Assembly (NCBI GenBank): GCA_051362555.1
Contig: CM120644.1
Coordinates: 24,760,534-24,824,533 of the forward strand
Direction: 5' to 3'
DNA length: 64,000 bases
From: Lingula anatina
Lineage: Eukaryota > Animalia > Brachiopoda
The notes under the pieces were generated by a model. That model was not told the DNA's origin, did no database searches, and saw nothing but the letters and a program-made list of their open reading frames with translations. A program made the position numbers and the translations under genes. Every line of letters begins with the position of its first letter. Position 1 is the stretch's first letter. Positions 49,897 to 62,876 of this stretch are shown piece after piece.

Positions 49897-50324
49897 ATAT
49901 GTCATAAAAGCATGCCACTCAACCCGACGTAGCAGGGAGGATAATATAAATAAATAAATAAACATGGCATAAAAGCATGCCGCCCAACCCGACGTAGCGA
50001 GGAGGATAATATAAATAAATAAATAAATAAATCATAAAAGCATGCCACTCAACCCGAGGTAGTGGGGAGGATAGTAAATTAATGTCATAAAAGCATGCCA
50101 CTCAACCCGATGTAGCGGGGAGGATAATATAAATAAATAAACAAATATGTCATAAAAGCATGCCACTCAACCCGACATAGCAGGGAGGATAATATAAACA
50201 AATAAAAAAACATGGCATAAAAGCATGCCGCCCAACCCGACGTAGCGGGGAGGATAATATAAATAAATAAACAAATATGTCATAAAAGCATGCCGCTCAA
50301 CCCGACGTAGAGGGGAGGATAATA

Positions 50325-50355
<31 letters not shown>

Positions 50356-50523
50356 ATATGTCATAAAAACATGCCACTCAACCTGACGTAGCAGGGAGGA
50401 TAGTAAATAAATGTCATAAAAGCATGCCACTCAACCCGACGTAGCGGGGAGGATAATATAAATAAATAAACAAATATGTCATAAAAGCATGCCACTCAAC
50501 CCGACGTAGCGAGGAGGATAATA

Positions 50524-50562
<39 letters not shown>

Positions 50563-50986
50563 ATCATAAAAGCATGCCACTCAACCCGACGTAGCAGGGA
50601 GGATAGTAAATAAATGTCATAAAAGCATGCCACTCAACCCGACGTAGCGGGGAGGATAATATAAATAAATAAATAAACATGGCATAAAAGCATGCCGCCC
50701 AACCCGACGTAGCGAGGAGGATAATATAAATAAATAAACAAATATGTCATAAAAGCATGCCACTCAACCCGACGTAGCGGGGAGGATAATATAAATAAAT
50801 AAACAAATATGTCATAAAAGCATGCCACTCAACCCGACATAGCAGGGAGGATAATATAAACAAATAAAAAAACATGGCATAAAAGCATGCCGCCCAACCC
50901 GACGTAGCGGGGAGGATAATATAAATAAATAAACAAATATGTCATAAAAGCATGCCGCTCAACCCGACGTAGAGGGGAGGATAATA

Positions 50987-51025
<39 letters not shown>

Positions 51026-51205
51026 AGAAATAAATAAATATGTCATAAAAACATGCCACTCAACGTGACGTAGCAGGGAGGATAGTAAATAAATGTCATA
51101 AAAGCATGCCACTCAACCCGACGTAGCGGGGAGGATAATATAAATAAATAAACAAATATGTCATAAAAGCATGCCACTCAACCCGACGTAGCGAGGAGGA
51201 TAATA

Positions 51206-51236
<31 letters not shown>

Positions 51237-51780
51237 ATCATAAAAGCATGCCACTCAACCCGACGTAGCAGGGAGGATAGTAAATAAATGTCATAAAAGC
51301 ATGCCACTCAACCCGACGTAGCGGGGAGGATAATATAAATAAATAAATAAACATGGCATAAAAGCATGCCGCCCAACCCGACGTAGCGAGGAGGATAATA
51401 TAAATAAATAAACAAATATGTCATAAAAGCATGCCGCTCAACCCGACGTAGCGGGGAGGATAATATAAATAAATAAATACACAAATATGTCCTAAAAGCA
51501 TGCCACTCAACCCGAAGTAGTGGGTGAGGATAATATAAATAAATAAATACACAAATATGTCCTAAAAGCATGCCACTCAACCCGAAGTAGTGGGTGAGGA
51601 AAATATAAATAAATAAATAAGCAAGTATGTCCTAAAAGCATGCCAATGGACCCAACATAGTGATGAGGAAAGCATAAATAAATAAAGAACTATGTTGGAA
51701 AAGCATGCCGTTTGTCCCAATGCAGTGGGAAGAAAAATATACATAAATAAAGTGACTGTGGCATAGAAATATGCCAGAAA
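49680..51780. repeat. Minisatellite, ~55-85-bp unit with variable (TAAA)n, showing a higher-order repeat
   Basis: The core GTCATAAAAGCATGCCACTCAACCCGACGTAGCGGGGAGGATAAT is repeated ~30 times with degenerate edges. A variant unit recurs at 50171 and 50833 (662-bp period). Confidence 0.95.
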
Positions 51781-51854
51781 ATATAAGTTGAAATGACGTT
51801 AATAACTAAATGAAATGGAGACGTCTGATACTGTGCAGCATACATGGTGTATAA

Positions 51855-52800
51855 GGGGGCCTGAAAAGGTATTAATCTCGGTAGGAAAGAAATGGGCTCT
51901 AAAAGGGCAGAATCTGTTAAAGAAACTGTTAAAGGAAATGTAGCTTGACCTTGAAAAGGACATAATTTGGTAACGAAACGAATGTACGTAAGGTCCTGTA
52001 AAGGCCGAAATATACTTAAGAAGCTGGTTTAGAAACGAATATGCAAGATGCCCTGAAAAATTGGGAAACTGGTTAAGAAAGGTGAACCTTGTCCCTGAAA
52101 AGGACAGAATCTGGTTAAGAAATGAATGTGCCCTGAAAAGGACAGAATCGGGTTAAGAAACGAATGTGCCCTGAAAAGGTCAGAAACTGGTAAAGAACAC
52201 AACATTCATAGATCCTGAAAAGGTCAGAAACTGGTTAAGAAAGGTGAACCTTAGTCCCGAAAAGGACAGAATCTGGTGAAAAAACGAATGTACCCTGAAA
52301 AGGACAGAATCTGATTAAGAAGGAAATGTACCATAGCCTTGAAAAGGTCAGAAACTGGTAGAGAACACAACATACATAAACCCTGAAAAGGTAAGAAACT
52401 GGTTAAGAAAGGTGAACCTTGGTCCTGAAAAGGATAGAATCTGGTTATGCACAAGAATGTGAATGTGCACAAGTCCCTAAAAGAAGGACGTGTATCTTGG
52501 CCCTGAAAAGGTCAGGATCCGGATAAGAGAGCAAATGTGTATGAGGCCCTGAAAAGGACAGAATTTGCTTAATAAACTAGAGTGCACGAGGCCCTGAAAA
52601 AGGCCGGATTCTGATTATGAAGGAAGTTTACCTTGGCCCTGAAAAGGTCAGAAACTAGTTTAAAAAGCAACGTGGATGAGGCCCTAAAAAGGTCAGAAAC
52701 TGACTTAAAAAGGAAGTGTACTTTGGCTCTGAAAAGGTCGGGATCCTGTTAAGTGACCAATGATGAGGCCCTGAAAAGGTCAGAGTCTGATTAAGAAAAG
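51855..52800. repeat. Degenerate minisatellite, ~38-47-bp unit
   Basis: About 20 copies of CCCTGAAAAGGWCAGAAWCTGGTTAAGAAA with variable linkers. Confidence 0.9.
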
Positions 52801-54501
52801 TGAAAAAAGGGGGGGGGGGGGGGGGGGGGTTAGTTCAACTTACTGAGAGAAATCCTTTCTGATGGGTCCATGCTTATTAGGGTTAATTTTTTAAATCAAA
52901 CACGTGATAACCCCTAAAAAGTAAAGTATTATAAAATGATGATTCTTTAATTTTCCATTGAACTTTATTCAAATATTATAAATTTTGAATATTTTAATAA
53001 AATTAATTTAACAGCACCCCCTCCCCACTTCTCGCTCAGGACAGGTTGGGTATCTAGCCCTGGTAATTAGACAGAAAACATTGTGCATTTCTGACATCAA
53101 CTTGTCAGTCAGTGTGTAAACAAAGTGTTCTGAACGCATCGCAAGCAAGCACGTGAATTCCTCTTTTGATACTTTGTAACAGACGCTTCATTTTACGATG
53201 GGCATGACAGGAAAAACTTCAAAAACACGTACTTCCGGTTTTCGTTCATTACTCGAAGGCGTCAATGTCTGGGGAATTTTATTTTTCTTTGGGGAGGGGA
53301 TAAATATTTATAATTTGATGGTGGTAATTTATTTTCTTATATTTATAATGTATCAAATTTCGCCTTTATTTATTTTTTATTTTGAATGAATGATTGAGAA
53401 TTCTTTTGTATAAATATGCATGGTTGAAGTAAAATGATTTCAATGCCTTTTGGCTGGCGTACCCCCCCCCCCTCCCCCCCCCCCCCCCCCCCCCCCCCGC
53501 CGTAACCCTGCTGAATATTGGACACTGTACCTCCTTGAAACTGCTTTTCAGAACATATTTTTAGCATTTCAGACATGCCAATGAAAATTACTTTAGACTT
53601 TATCATCTGTCTTCTGTGTTTTTACCAGCTTTGGATTAATATCTAAATATAATTATATTTTCAGGTCTATATGTCCCCAGTGGCTAGCTCTAAGCCATAA
53701 AGGGAGAGAAGAAAGAAAAAAGAAGAAAAACAAATTAAATTGATAAATCCCACTTATTCAATCACTTTTGCTGTGAAATTCTCGCTGAATACACAGTTAC
53801 ACAATTGCTGTGTCCAACTGCAAAATGTAACATCCGACGTTGTAAACCATTAGTTTAATAGCTCAACTAAGTGTTAATCAGATAAATTTCAATCCAAATT
53901 GTTGAGAATATGCAATAAAATAAAACTAGTCAGATTTTCTCAATATATTTGTCATTGTTGCATTTTTATGAAAAAGAGCAGAGGTACTGACTGTTGGATG
54001 TTACACTGGACACAGAGAAGAATGAAATAGAAGTTACATAATATGACTTGTAGGTTAAGTAAGTGACAAGTAAACATGTAAATCTACGATAAAAATAACA
54101 TTCAGAGATATTATGTCGGGGATCTTGCATTTGTGATGACCTTTAATGTGTCCAATGTAACATTCGAATTCAATGGAGCTGACATATTTTTTAATCTATT
54201 TCTCAAAAAACGCTGGCCTCCTTATCTTTTTATGATAAGCAGCATAAGGAAGGATTGTAAGTCTTTCAACCAGTAACATTTAGGAAGACAATTATTGTCA
54301 TCTGTAATTTTCAATTTTCACGGCACCTTTTAGCAATGACTCGTATACATGTATGATGTATCTAATTCATTTAGAACTTCGACACAATTTCAATATATAT
54401 ATACAACACATATAGTGCCTAGTTGTTACCTCTGTCTATACATTTTCCTCAGTGATATCATCACAATTCAAACATCACCACAGTGTCAAATCGATCATAA
54501 G

Positions 54502-56715
54502 TCACTTCTTATTTATATACTTATACGTGGATATTTCACATCTGTCAGTTCCAACAACAAGCTCTCCGTTACTGTTGTCATCTATTGACAAAGGAGATCC
54601 AATATCATCATCCCTTGTTAAAATATTACGTAGAAACCTCCCGTATGAACTCAGGACAACCACCCTGTGATTATTGAAGTCTGCTATGAATATGTGTCCA
54701 AACTTATCTACGCACACTCCCTCTGGATTCCTCAGTTGTCCGTCTCTACTTCCACTCTGACCTCGTGCTCCGTATTGGAACATGACGTCACCCTGGGGTG
54801 TCACTGCATACACACAGTGGGCCTTGTAGTCGCTGACTATGATTGCATTGATGCCATGGTGGTATGCACTGCTTAGTGGACCTTTACTGCACATTGGGAT
54901 AACAATTCTGTTAACAATTTGAAAATATATCATGTCGTACACACAGATGCACTGTGCACCACTATCACACACGTACACCTTATACTCTGTACGGTCCACA
55001 GTGACACCACAGGGGTCAGACATATCACCCTGACCAAAACATTGGATAACCTGACCTGATGTTGAATACAGTCTACAGCATTTATCTTTGCATGTGACCA
55101 CGAACTTATCGTTACTGACTGTAGTGATATACCTCACCCCTCCCTCTATACTGATCTCACGATTACATAAACCTATGCTTGAAAATACAGACACTGTTTT
55201 ACCACGGAAAAAGTCACCATGCCCAACTAAAATACACCCGTCATCTGTGCACTGGATATCACGAAGGTCACCCTTAACATTAAAACAAGCACTCAACTTT
55301 GGCGTTTCAAGCCATGCGACTTTCTGAAATTCCATCATCTCGGGATAGTACGCTCTCTCTTGTTTCAAACTTCCAAAATGTGCATCCAAGGGACCCCGGT
55401 ATGTTTTGGCCGTAATGGACCCCGTTTTGATGGATAGCTGTGGTTCAGGAATTTCAGGAAACTGCAGCACAACATCCATTTCTGTTTGCCCTGGAGTAAA
55501 TGTTATGTCGGTTATCTTGGTATCAAACACTGGTTCTACTGCCTGTAACTCCTGAATTCTAGTTTGGAGATTTTTAGAGTGGGTCATGACCTCGATGTCA
55601 GAACCGGTGTCTGTGAGTTGCTGAGCGAAATCACGAATGCTCTGGATGGAAATCTTGTGCATTTCTTGCTTGTCTTTTTCATCTTCTAAAGTCTTCATCT
55701 GCGTGGAGGTCAGTGACAGAAGTTCTGCCGTTATATCGTTGCTTTTGTCATCTATTACCTTTTGCATTTCACTATAATCGAATTGTACTTTTGTTTGGTA
55801 TGTTTTGAAATGTTGTTTTACACTTATTAAATACGCGTCGGTCTGTTGACGTACCTCTTTTTCTACTTGTTGATAACAATCGTTGAATTCTCTTTCAATG
55901 GCTTTGCTGTTTTCCATTATCTCCTTCGTCATAGCCAATTTCTGAGAATCCACCAAACGAAGAACCTTTGTCTGATTTTCTGCAAGCCTCTCCTCCGTTC
56001 GTACAATGGCATACTCCACCTTCTCAAAACGAGACAGTTTCTCAGTAGGGAGGCGTTTAAGCTTCTCTTGTATTAGATCTCGTTGAACTTTCACCGCATC
56101 CCCCAATTCCTTGAAATTGTGTTTGCTGTGGACCTTCACAATGCACTCCCTGCATATAATAGTGTCATCGTTTTCACAATAGAATGCCAGCGGTTCTCCG
56201 TCGTGTTTGTCGCAGTGTTGAGCTTTATCTAATACGTGGCGTAAATGATCTCGCATGTCAGCAGGGTTAACTGAGAAATCGACTTGTGACAGAGGTACAA
56301 GCAAATGGCCCTTGCAAGACGGTATTTTGTCGTGAACGTCACGACATGTAGCGCACAGTTGGTTGGTTTTTGGACATCCTTGGCACAGCAAAATGGCCTC
56401 TTTATGGTTACAATACTCACAAAGTCTCCCTGCGGGCGATTTCTGATCTTTCATGAAGTCTGTTACTTTTCTTACATAGAAGTTTTTCACGAGAGTTTCT
56501 AACCCACCTGTAGGTATGGGGGTCTCTTGGCGACATACGGGACAGGAGAACTTGTTCTGGACACCATTCTTGGCTGCATGGTCAGCAATACATTCCAGGC
56601 AGAACGTGTGGTAACAGGGGAGCACTCTCGGGTCTTTATATTCCTCCAGGCATATATGACACGTTAAAAAATTTTCACTGAAGACGTTATAGATCTCTTT
56701 CGAAACCATTGCCAT
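54502..56715 (-). CDS. TRIM-NHL protein, ~737 aa, single coding exon (G7)
   Basis: Uninterrupted ORF with the same architecture. The first ATG is at 56715 (MAMVSKEIYNVFSENFLTC). Confidence 0.96.
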   Translation of the reverse strand: MAMVSKEIYNVFSENFLTCHICLEEYKDPRVLPCYHTFCLECIADHAAKNGVQNKFSCPVCRQETPIPTGGLETLVKNFYVRKVTDFMKDQKSPAGRLCEYCNHKEAILLCQGCPKTNQLCATCRDVHDKIPSCKGHLLVPLSQVDFSVNPADMRDHLRHVLDKAQHCDKHDGEPLAFYCENDDTIICRECIVKVHSKHNFKELGDAVKVQRDLIQEKLKRLPTEKLSRFEKVEYAIVRTEERLAENQTKVLRLVDSQKLAMTKEIMENSKAIEREFNDCYQQVEKEVRQQTDAYLISVKQHFKTYQTKVQFDYSEMQKVIDDKSNDITAELLSLTSTQMKTLEDEKDKQEMHKISIQSIRDFAQQLTDTGSDIEVMTHSKNLQTRIQELQAVEPVFDTKITDITFTPGQTEMDVVLQFPEIPEPQLSIKTGSITAKTYRGPLDAHFGSLKQERAYYPEMMEFQKVAWLETPKLSACFNVKGDLRDIQCTDDGCILVGHGDFFRGKTVSVFSSIGLCNREISIEGGVRYITTVSNDKFVVTCKDKCCRLYSTSGQVIQCFGQGDMSDPCGVTVDRTEYKVYVCDSGAQCICVYDMIYFQIVNRIVIPMCSKGPLSSAYHHGINAIIVSDYKAHCVYAVTPQGDVMFQYGARGQSGSRDGQLRNPEGVCVDKFGHIFIADFNNHRVVVLSSYGRFLRNILTRDDDIGSPLSIDDNSNGELVVGTDRCEISTYKYINKK

Positions 56716-57081
56716 GGTATAGGCGCCCAGAGTGGGCACAGCGCCCGCCCCCTACACACCGACCGCCACTCTCTACTGCTGGTAAAAGCCGTTGCGCACG
56801 CTCATATATCATTTAATATGTTATCTATTCTATTTCAAAGTTGTCAACCGATGTACACATCACAGTCAGATGATGTTGTCGATAACCAGAACAGTATCAA
56901 AGTCTGAAGCACCAGCCGAGTGCTTGACATATCAGTGATACATTGTCAGGAGTATCACCCCTTTGTGCCATAGTACCCCCCTCCCCTTTAACATCCACCG
57001 ACACTCCCCCCCCTACTAGCTGAGTGCTTGACATATCACTGACACCCCAGAAGGAGTGAACTGTTCCTTGGCCAGTGCAGG

Positions 57082-58723
57082 TGTACCATGAAAATCTGAC
57101 TCCCCTAAAATGTGACTCCCCAGTCAGATTTTCATAATGAAAATCTGACTCCCCCTATGAAATTTTGACTCCCCCCCAAAAAAACATTCATTAATCTAAT
57201 TTTATTTGAATAAATGACTATAATCTTGTATTATGCATAATGGAGGATACATTGGCACTTTTTTTGTAGTTTGCATGTGAAAATTTTCATGAAAAAAAAA
57301 AAGAAAATTAAAAATGTGCACATAATGAAAATCTGGTTCCCCCATGAAAATTTGACTCCCCTCCACAATACTTTCATAAATCTCATTTTATTTTGAGTAT
57401 ATGCCTGTGATTTTGTATAATGTAAAATGGTTGATACATTGGCACATTTTTTGTAGTTTGCAGTGAAAATTTTAATGAAATAATGAGAAAATTAAAATGT
57501 GCACTTAATGAAAATTTGACTCCCCCGCCACAAAACTTCATAAATCTTATTTTATTTTGAGTATATGACTGTGATCCTGTAGCATGTAAAATGTTTGATA
57601 CATTGGCACATTTTTTGTAGTTTGCAGTGAAAATTTTAATGAAAAAATGAGAAAATTAAAAATGTACACATTATGAAAATCTGACTCCCCCATGAAAATA
57701 TGACTCCCCCTCCACAAAACTTCATAAATCTTATTTTATTTTGAGTATATGACTGTGATCTCATTTTATTTGACTAAATGACTATGATCTTGTAGTATGC
57801 ATAATGGAGGACACATTGGCACTTTTTGTTAGTTTGAAGGTGAAAATTTTCATGAAAAAAATTAAAGATTTGTATTTTACCACACAAGGACACCCCTATG
57901 AAAAAGCTATTTATCTGACATTTGATGACCATTTCAACATCTTTCCCTTTAGGATACTTTATGAAGATTATATTGGAAGTACTTGAAAGTTTGATAGTAA
58001 AAAAATGGGTGCAAAAAATAAGATTTATGAAGTTTTGTGATAGGGGAGTCAAATTTTCATGGGGGAGTCAGATTTTCATTATTTGCTCATTTTTAATTTT
58101 CTTACTTTTTCACATAATTTTTCACCTGCAAACTACAAAAAATGTGCCAATCTATCCTCTTTTTTACATACTACAAGACCACAGTCATATAATCAAAATA
58201 AAATAAGATTTATGAAGTTTTGTGGAGGGGGAGTAATATTTTCATGGGGGAGTCAGATTTTCATTATGTGCACATTTTTAATTTTCTTATTTTTTCATTA
58301 AAATTTTCACTGCAAACTACAAAAAAAATGTGCCAATGTATCAACTATTTTACTAATTACAAGATCACAGACATATACCCAAAATAAAATAAGATTAATA
58401 AAGTTTTAAGAGGGGGGAGTCAAATTTTCATGGGGGAGTCAGATTTTCATTATGTGCTCATTTTTAATTTTCTTATTTTTTCATTTGAATTTTCACTGCA
58501 AACTACAAAAAATGTGCCAACGTATCATCCATTTTACATACTACAAGATCACAGTCATATACTTAAATAAAAATAGATGTATGAAGTTTTGTGGAGGGGG
58601 AGTCAAATTTTCATGGGGGGAGTCACATTTTCATTATGAAAATCTGACTGGGGAGTCACATTTTCATAATGAAAATCTGACTGGGGAGTCACATTTTCAT
58701 GGGAGTCAGATTTTCATGTTACA
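57082..58723. mobile_element. Non-autonomous Ginger1-like element (1.64 kb), opposite orientation to 21257-24727
   Basis: TGTACCATGAAAATCTGACTCCC ... GGGAGTCAGATTTTCATGTTACA, with TSD CAGG (57078-81 and 58724-27). The paralogous empty site GGCCAGTGCAGGCACCCATG is at 5111-5130. Confidence 0.88.
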
Positions 58724-60063
58724 CAGGCACCCATGTCTTGCGTCACGCTAACCTTAACCTGTACGAATTCAATGGAGAACGGATTTTCTGTTACACATGT
58801 AGTGTGTGACGTCTCTCGTATTGGTCCTTATTATAACCCCAGGTACACGTAGCCTACAGGGAGACCAGCCGAGATGTTTGACGTCATACAACTTTAGAAA
58901 GCTCGCGAGAATGCGCGGGAGGTGGTTGGGGCTGACTTTTTGGCAGTTAGGATGAAGCTCCAAGCCTCAGCAAGGCCTTTTAGGAAAGCATTTCAAAAGT
59001 GACAGACAAAACAATTTCGTATCCCTTCTGATATACAGTGTACAACAGGCTGTAATGGGGCATGACCTGTGAGTAAATACACTGAAAATAACCGAATAGA
59101 AGTGTCACCCTACGGAACCAGTACTTTGGGGGAGACAAATGACTGTTGAATGATATGCTCCTGGTATAATTTTATTAACATCAAATTTCACCAAAAAAAA
59201 AAAAAAAAAGGACCAGACATTTAACTACTCAAGATCTGCCTAATTTGATTATTGATTACTTGATTATTATTTGATTACTCTGATTCAGGGGATGACACTT
59301 CTATTGTCCATTGTGTGTATGTCAGCTCTTCTTTGTTATCACACAGCCTTCGTCAGTATTTCTAACCTCTCTCTCTCTCACTTCATATGTTGTTTGAGTA
59401 GTGAGACTTAGTGATATCTCGGATTCCTGCCATTGTTCGCTATTAAATGAAATATTGAACCCCATGCTCTTGCAGGGATGTGCATTGCCTCACCGCGTTA
59501 TAGCATTATAAAACAATCATATTGTATTATCTGGTATTTTCTACTTTGAACGAAATACTATACACATAATTAAAAAATGAAATGCACACAAGTGGCTTAT
59601 ATTTTTTTTTCTTGGAAATATATATTTTGAAGGTATTGATATTATTATAGTGAGGATAACAACGTTCTGGAGCCTTCAAACATTTATTCAGCAACTCCCT
59701 TTGTACAAGTTTTTATACTATTTTTCTCAGTAATCCCTCTACACGCCGACCGCCCAGCTCTACTGCTGCCAAAGCCGTTGTGTGCGTTCATAAAATTTTA
59801 TCGTTTAATCTATACTACGTTAAAACTGTCACCGATTGATTCATCATGATCATATGATGTTGACAATTATGAGGACTTAATCAACGTATCCAAACTACTG
59901 ATAAACTGCAAGTCCATGTGCCTAAGCCGTGACTCGAGTCTGTAAATCTTGAGGCATTGTTTGATAGTTATCTATACATACACAATACAGTCAGGGTGAT
60001 ATCAGAGTAAAACGTGATTTATCAGTCATATGCTGCTTGTAGCGGTGTGCAGGTTGTTTCTGT

Positions 60064-60105
<42 letters not shown>

Positions 60106-60106
60106 C

Positions 60107-60145
<39 letters not shown>

Positions 60146-62876
60146 CTGTGTGTGTGTGAGGGGGGGGTGAAGTGTCATTCATGAGTCCTTATTTTGCTTG
60201 TCATCAAGTTAAATATGATTTGATACTTGGTGTTTTGACCAACCATCGTAGCACGAAAACATGAATAAAAGTTACTTTTATTATTGATGAATCATTTCAC
60301 TCAATTACATTGATAGCCAATAGATAAATGGATGTGTTTCATATATTAATAACCCTTTACCATTGCATTATCAACTCAGTTACTGATATATCACTCCATT
60401 TGTAAGAGGTACGTAACTTTAGGGGTGACTGCAGCTTTTATCATGACAACTCAGTTACTTATATATCAATCCATTTGTAAGAGGTACGTAACTTTAGGGG
60501 TGACTGCAGCTTTTATCATGACAACTCACATGACATTTTTTTTCTTTTTTAACGCAATATTATAAGTATAGAGCCCTAATTCTACGTTTCTTGAAATTAT
60601 AACGAGACAATTAATACATATAATATTCAGAAAAATAATATTGGCTGTTTGTGTGAGTTCTGTAGCTCCGCCTTTAAATATATGTGACAAAAAGATGTTA
60701 AAGGTACATGTATCCGAACAATTATATAATACTATTTTCAATTGCCATATATTTTTCTTAACAAGCAAATTGATAATTTAATGCATTGATCAACGGTAAC
60801 GTTTTGTCCACCTGTCGAAAAGAGTACAATTCAGATATATCGCGATCATCAATCTAAACGTGTCGAATATTGAGAATTTTAGTATTTTATCAATGAGTTT
60901 TATCTAAAGCGCCCCCTTTCAACATGACAACAACAGCAACGACGGGTATACAGATTAAATTATCCAATTTTATTTTACATTATAAATTTAATTAATCATC
61001 ATTTTCAAGGAAGTAAATCCACGTGAAACTCAATGCTACATGTACACTGTAAAACAGTGTTTAGCTTCATGCACAGGTCAGAGTTACATGTAGCAAGACG
61101 GATATTGCATTATGAATGCAATGATCTTCAATTTCAAATGTATCCAATGTCAGTAGAATAAGCAGTAACTTAATTTCCATTTATTTCGAAATACACAAAA
61201 AATACATGCCAACTGTTCAGCATTCCGGCAATTATAATTTATTTCAATCCATACCTCCTTCAGTCCCCGTACAGTCCATGTTGTCATCATTGTTTTCCAT
61301 AATGAAGTTCAATCACTGACTCTTTATTTGCTGTTTATCCGCAGAGCTATGAAATTGTATGACGTAATTTTCTTTTATGACGCAATATTTATTATGTGAC
61401 GTTTTTAACGTCATCTTTTTACAATGCCATAACGTCACAATTTACTTACAGACGTTGACGTTTTGATGACGTCCTAGGTCTAAAAAGAGTATTTGAAAAC
61501 AGCGTGCTAAGAAGAAATGAATGGATGAAGATGTTGCATAGACGGATTGCTGCCTGGTGCTCATGGACAACGCGCTATATTGTTCATCTTTGGGTTTCAA
61601 AACTGATGTTTTGAAAGCGACATGAAAACAATTATATGATAATTATCAACCAGATAAAAACACATTCATTCCGATTCATTAATGGAGCGATTTGATGTCC
61701 GTTATTTGCCTTCTGTATGACAAGGGCGGAATCTACATGACCGCCTGCACTTAAATTTCCTGAGAAGTATGCCCCATACTCTCTTTCCACCCTCCACAAA
61801 AACGTTTCACCCTACGTGGGACCCTTGGTTTGCATTCCAAGGACAACCGGGCGGCGGGAAGCAACCGCATGAAAATCAGTTATAGGTTGAATTCGACAGC
61901 TTCTTGAAACAAAGATGTCGCCAACTAATTTTTTCTCAAGACTTCTATTTAATGATATATTAGACTTAATAATATAGTGTGTGACACAGCTAACAGACGG
62001 TTTTGCTTTCACCCCACAATGTCTTAGATAGCTCGCGACCCTCCCTCTCACGACCCCTCCCTCTTGGGGTCCTGGTAGTCCTGTGAGTATTTTGATTTTA
62101 AAAAGCAAACAGAATTATATCCAGTGAGAGGAAGCCGATGTCCTGCTCGCATTTCTTTAACTGGTGTACCATACTTCGTAGTCCTATCAAGACTGTGCAC
62201 TGTTTGTTTAATAATGTCCAGAGAAACTTCACCGTCGACATTAAAATTGCAAAAACCACTGAAAACAAAAACCGTTCTGCTGTCGATCGCGTTTATTTAC
62301 ATTTTGAAAAACTGAACCTCAGTGCTAAACAAAATAATGAAAAATAAAGCAATTCACATCTTCAACGCCCGTTCGATTTTACTTCCGAAATATCAAGCCG
62401 TTTAATATAACCAGCAAACTCTTATCTTTATCATTTGTTTTATATTCTATACTCATCATCTACCTGTTAAATCTTATCACATGAAAATGAAAAAAATCAA
62501 CATTTCATATATAGGCCAAATGAAATTCACTGTTTACAGTTCAAATCTACAAGTAAAAAAATGTTGATCTGCAAAAGATGGGAGTGCTCAATTAAAGAAA
62601 AAAAAAGATCAATAATAAACCAAAATGAAATCCACTGTTAACAGTTTAAATTTAAAAATGAAAAAATGATATCTGCAAATGAAAAAGAAACATATTGACC
62701 TGCAAAAGAAGGGAATGCTCATTTGATAATAGAATATGTCTTCGTATATCTTCATGCACATTGGCACAATTTCAACAAACAATCACACACATAAAAGTGG
62801 CGGCTATTTGTGAGGTGTGTTCACTACATTTCCTCAGTTATATTAATAACATCATTAAAGTTTCAAATCATACAAG

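Noticed and set aside
49740-51600. CRISPR-like array (constant hairpin repeat plus variable spacers)
   Set aside because: Spacers are only (TAAA)n length variants rather than unique sequences, there are no cas genes, and the context is eukaryotic.
52050-52800. Second CRISPR-like array
   Set aside because: Repeats are degenerate, and linkers are short (10-20 bp) and related to each other, so this is a minisatellite.
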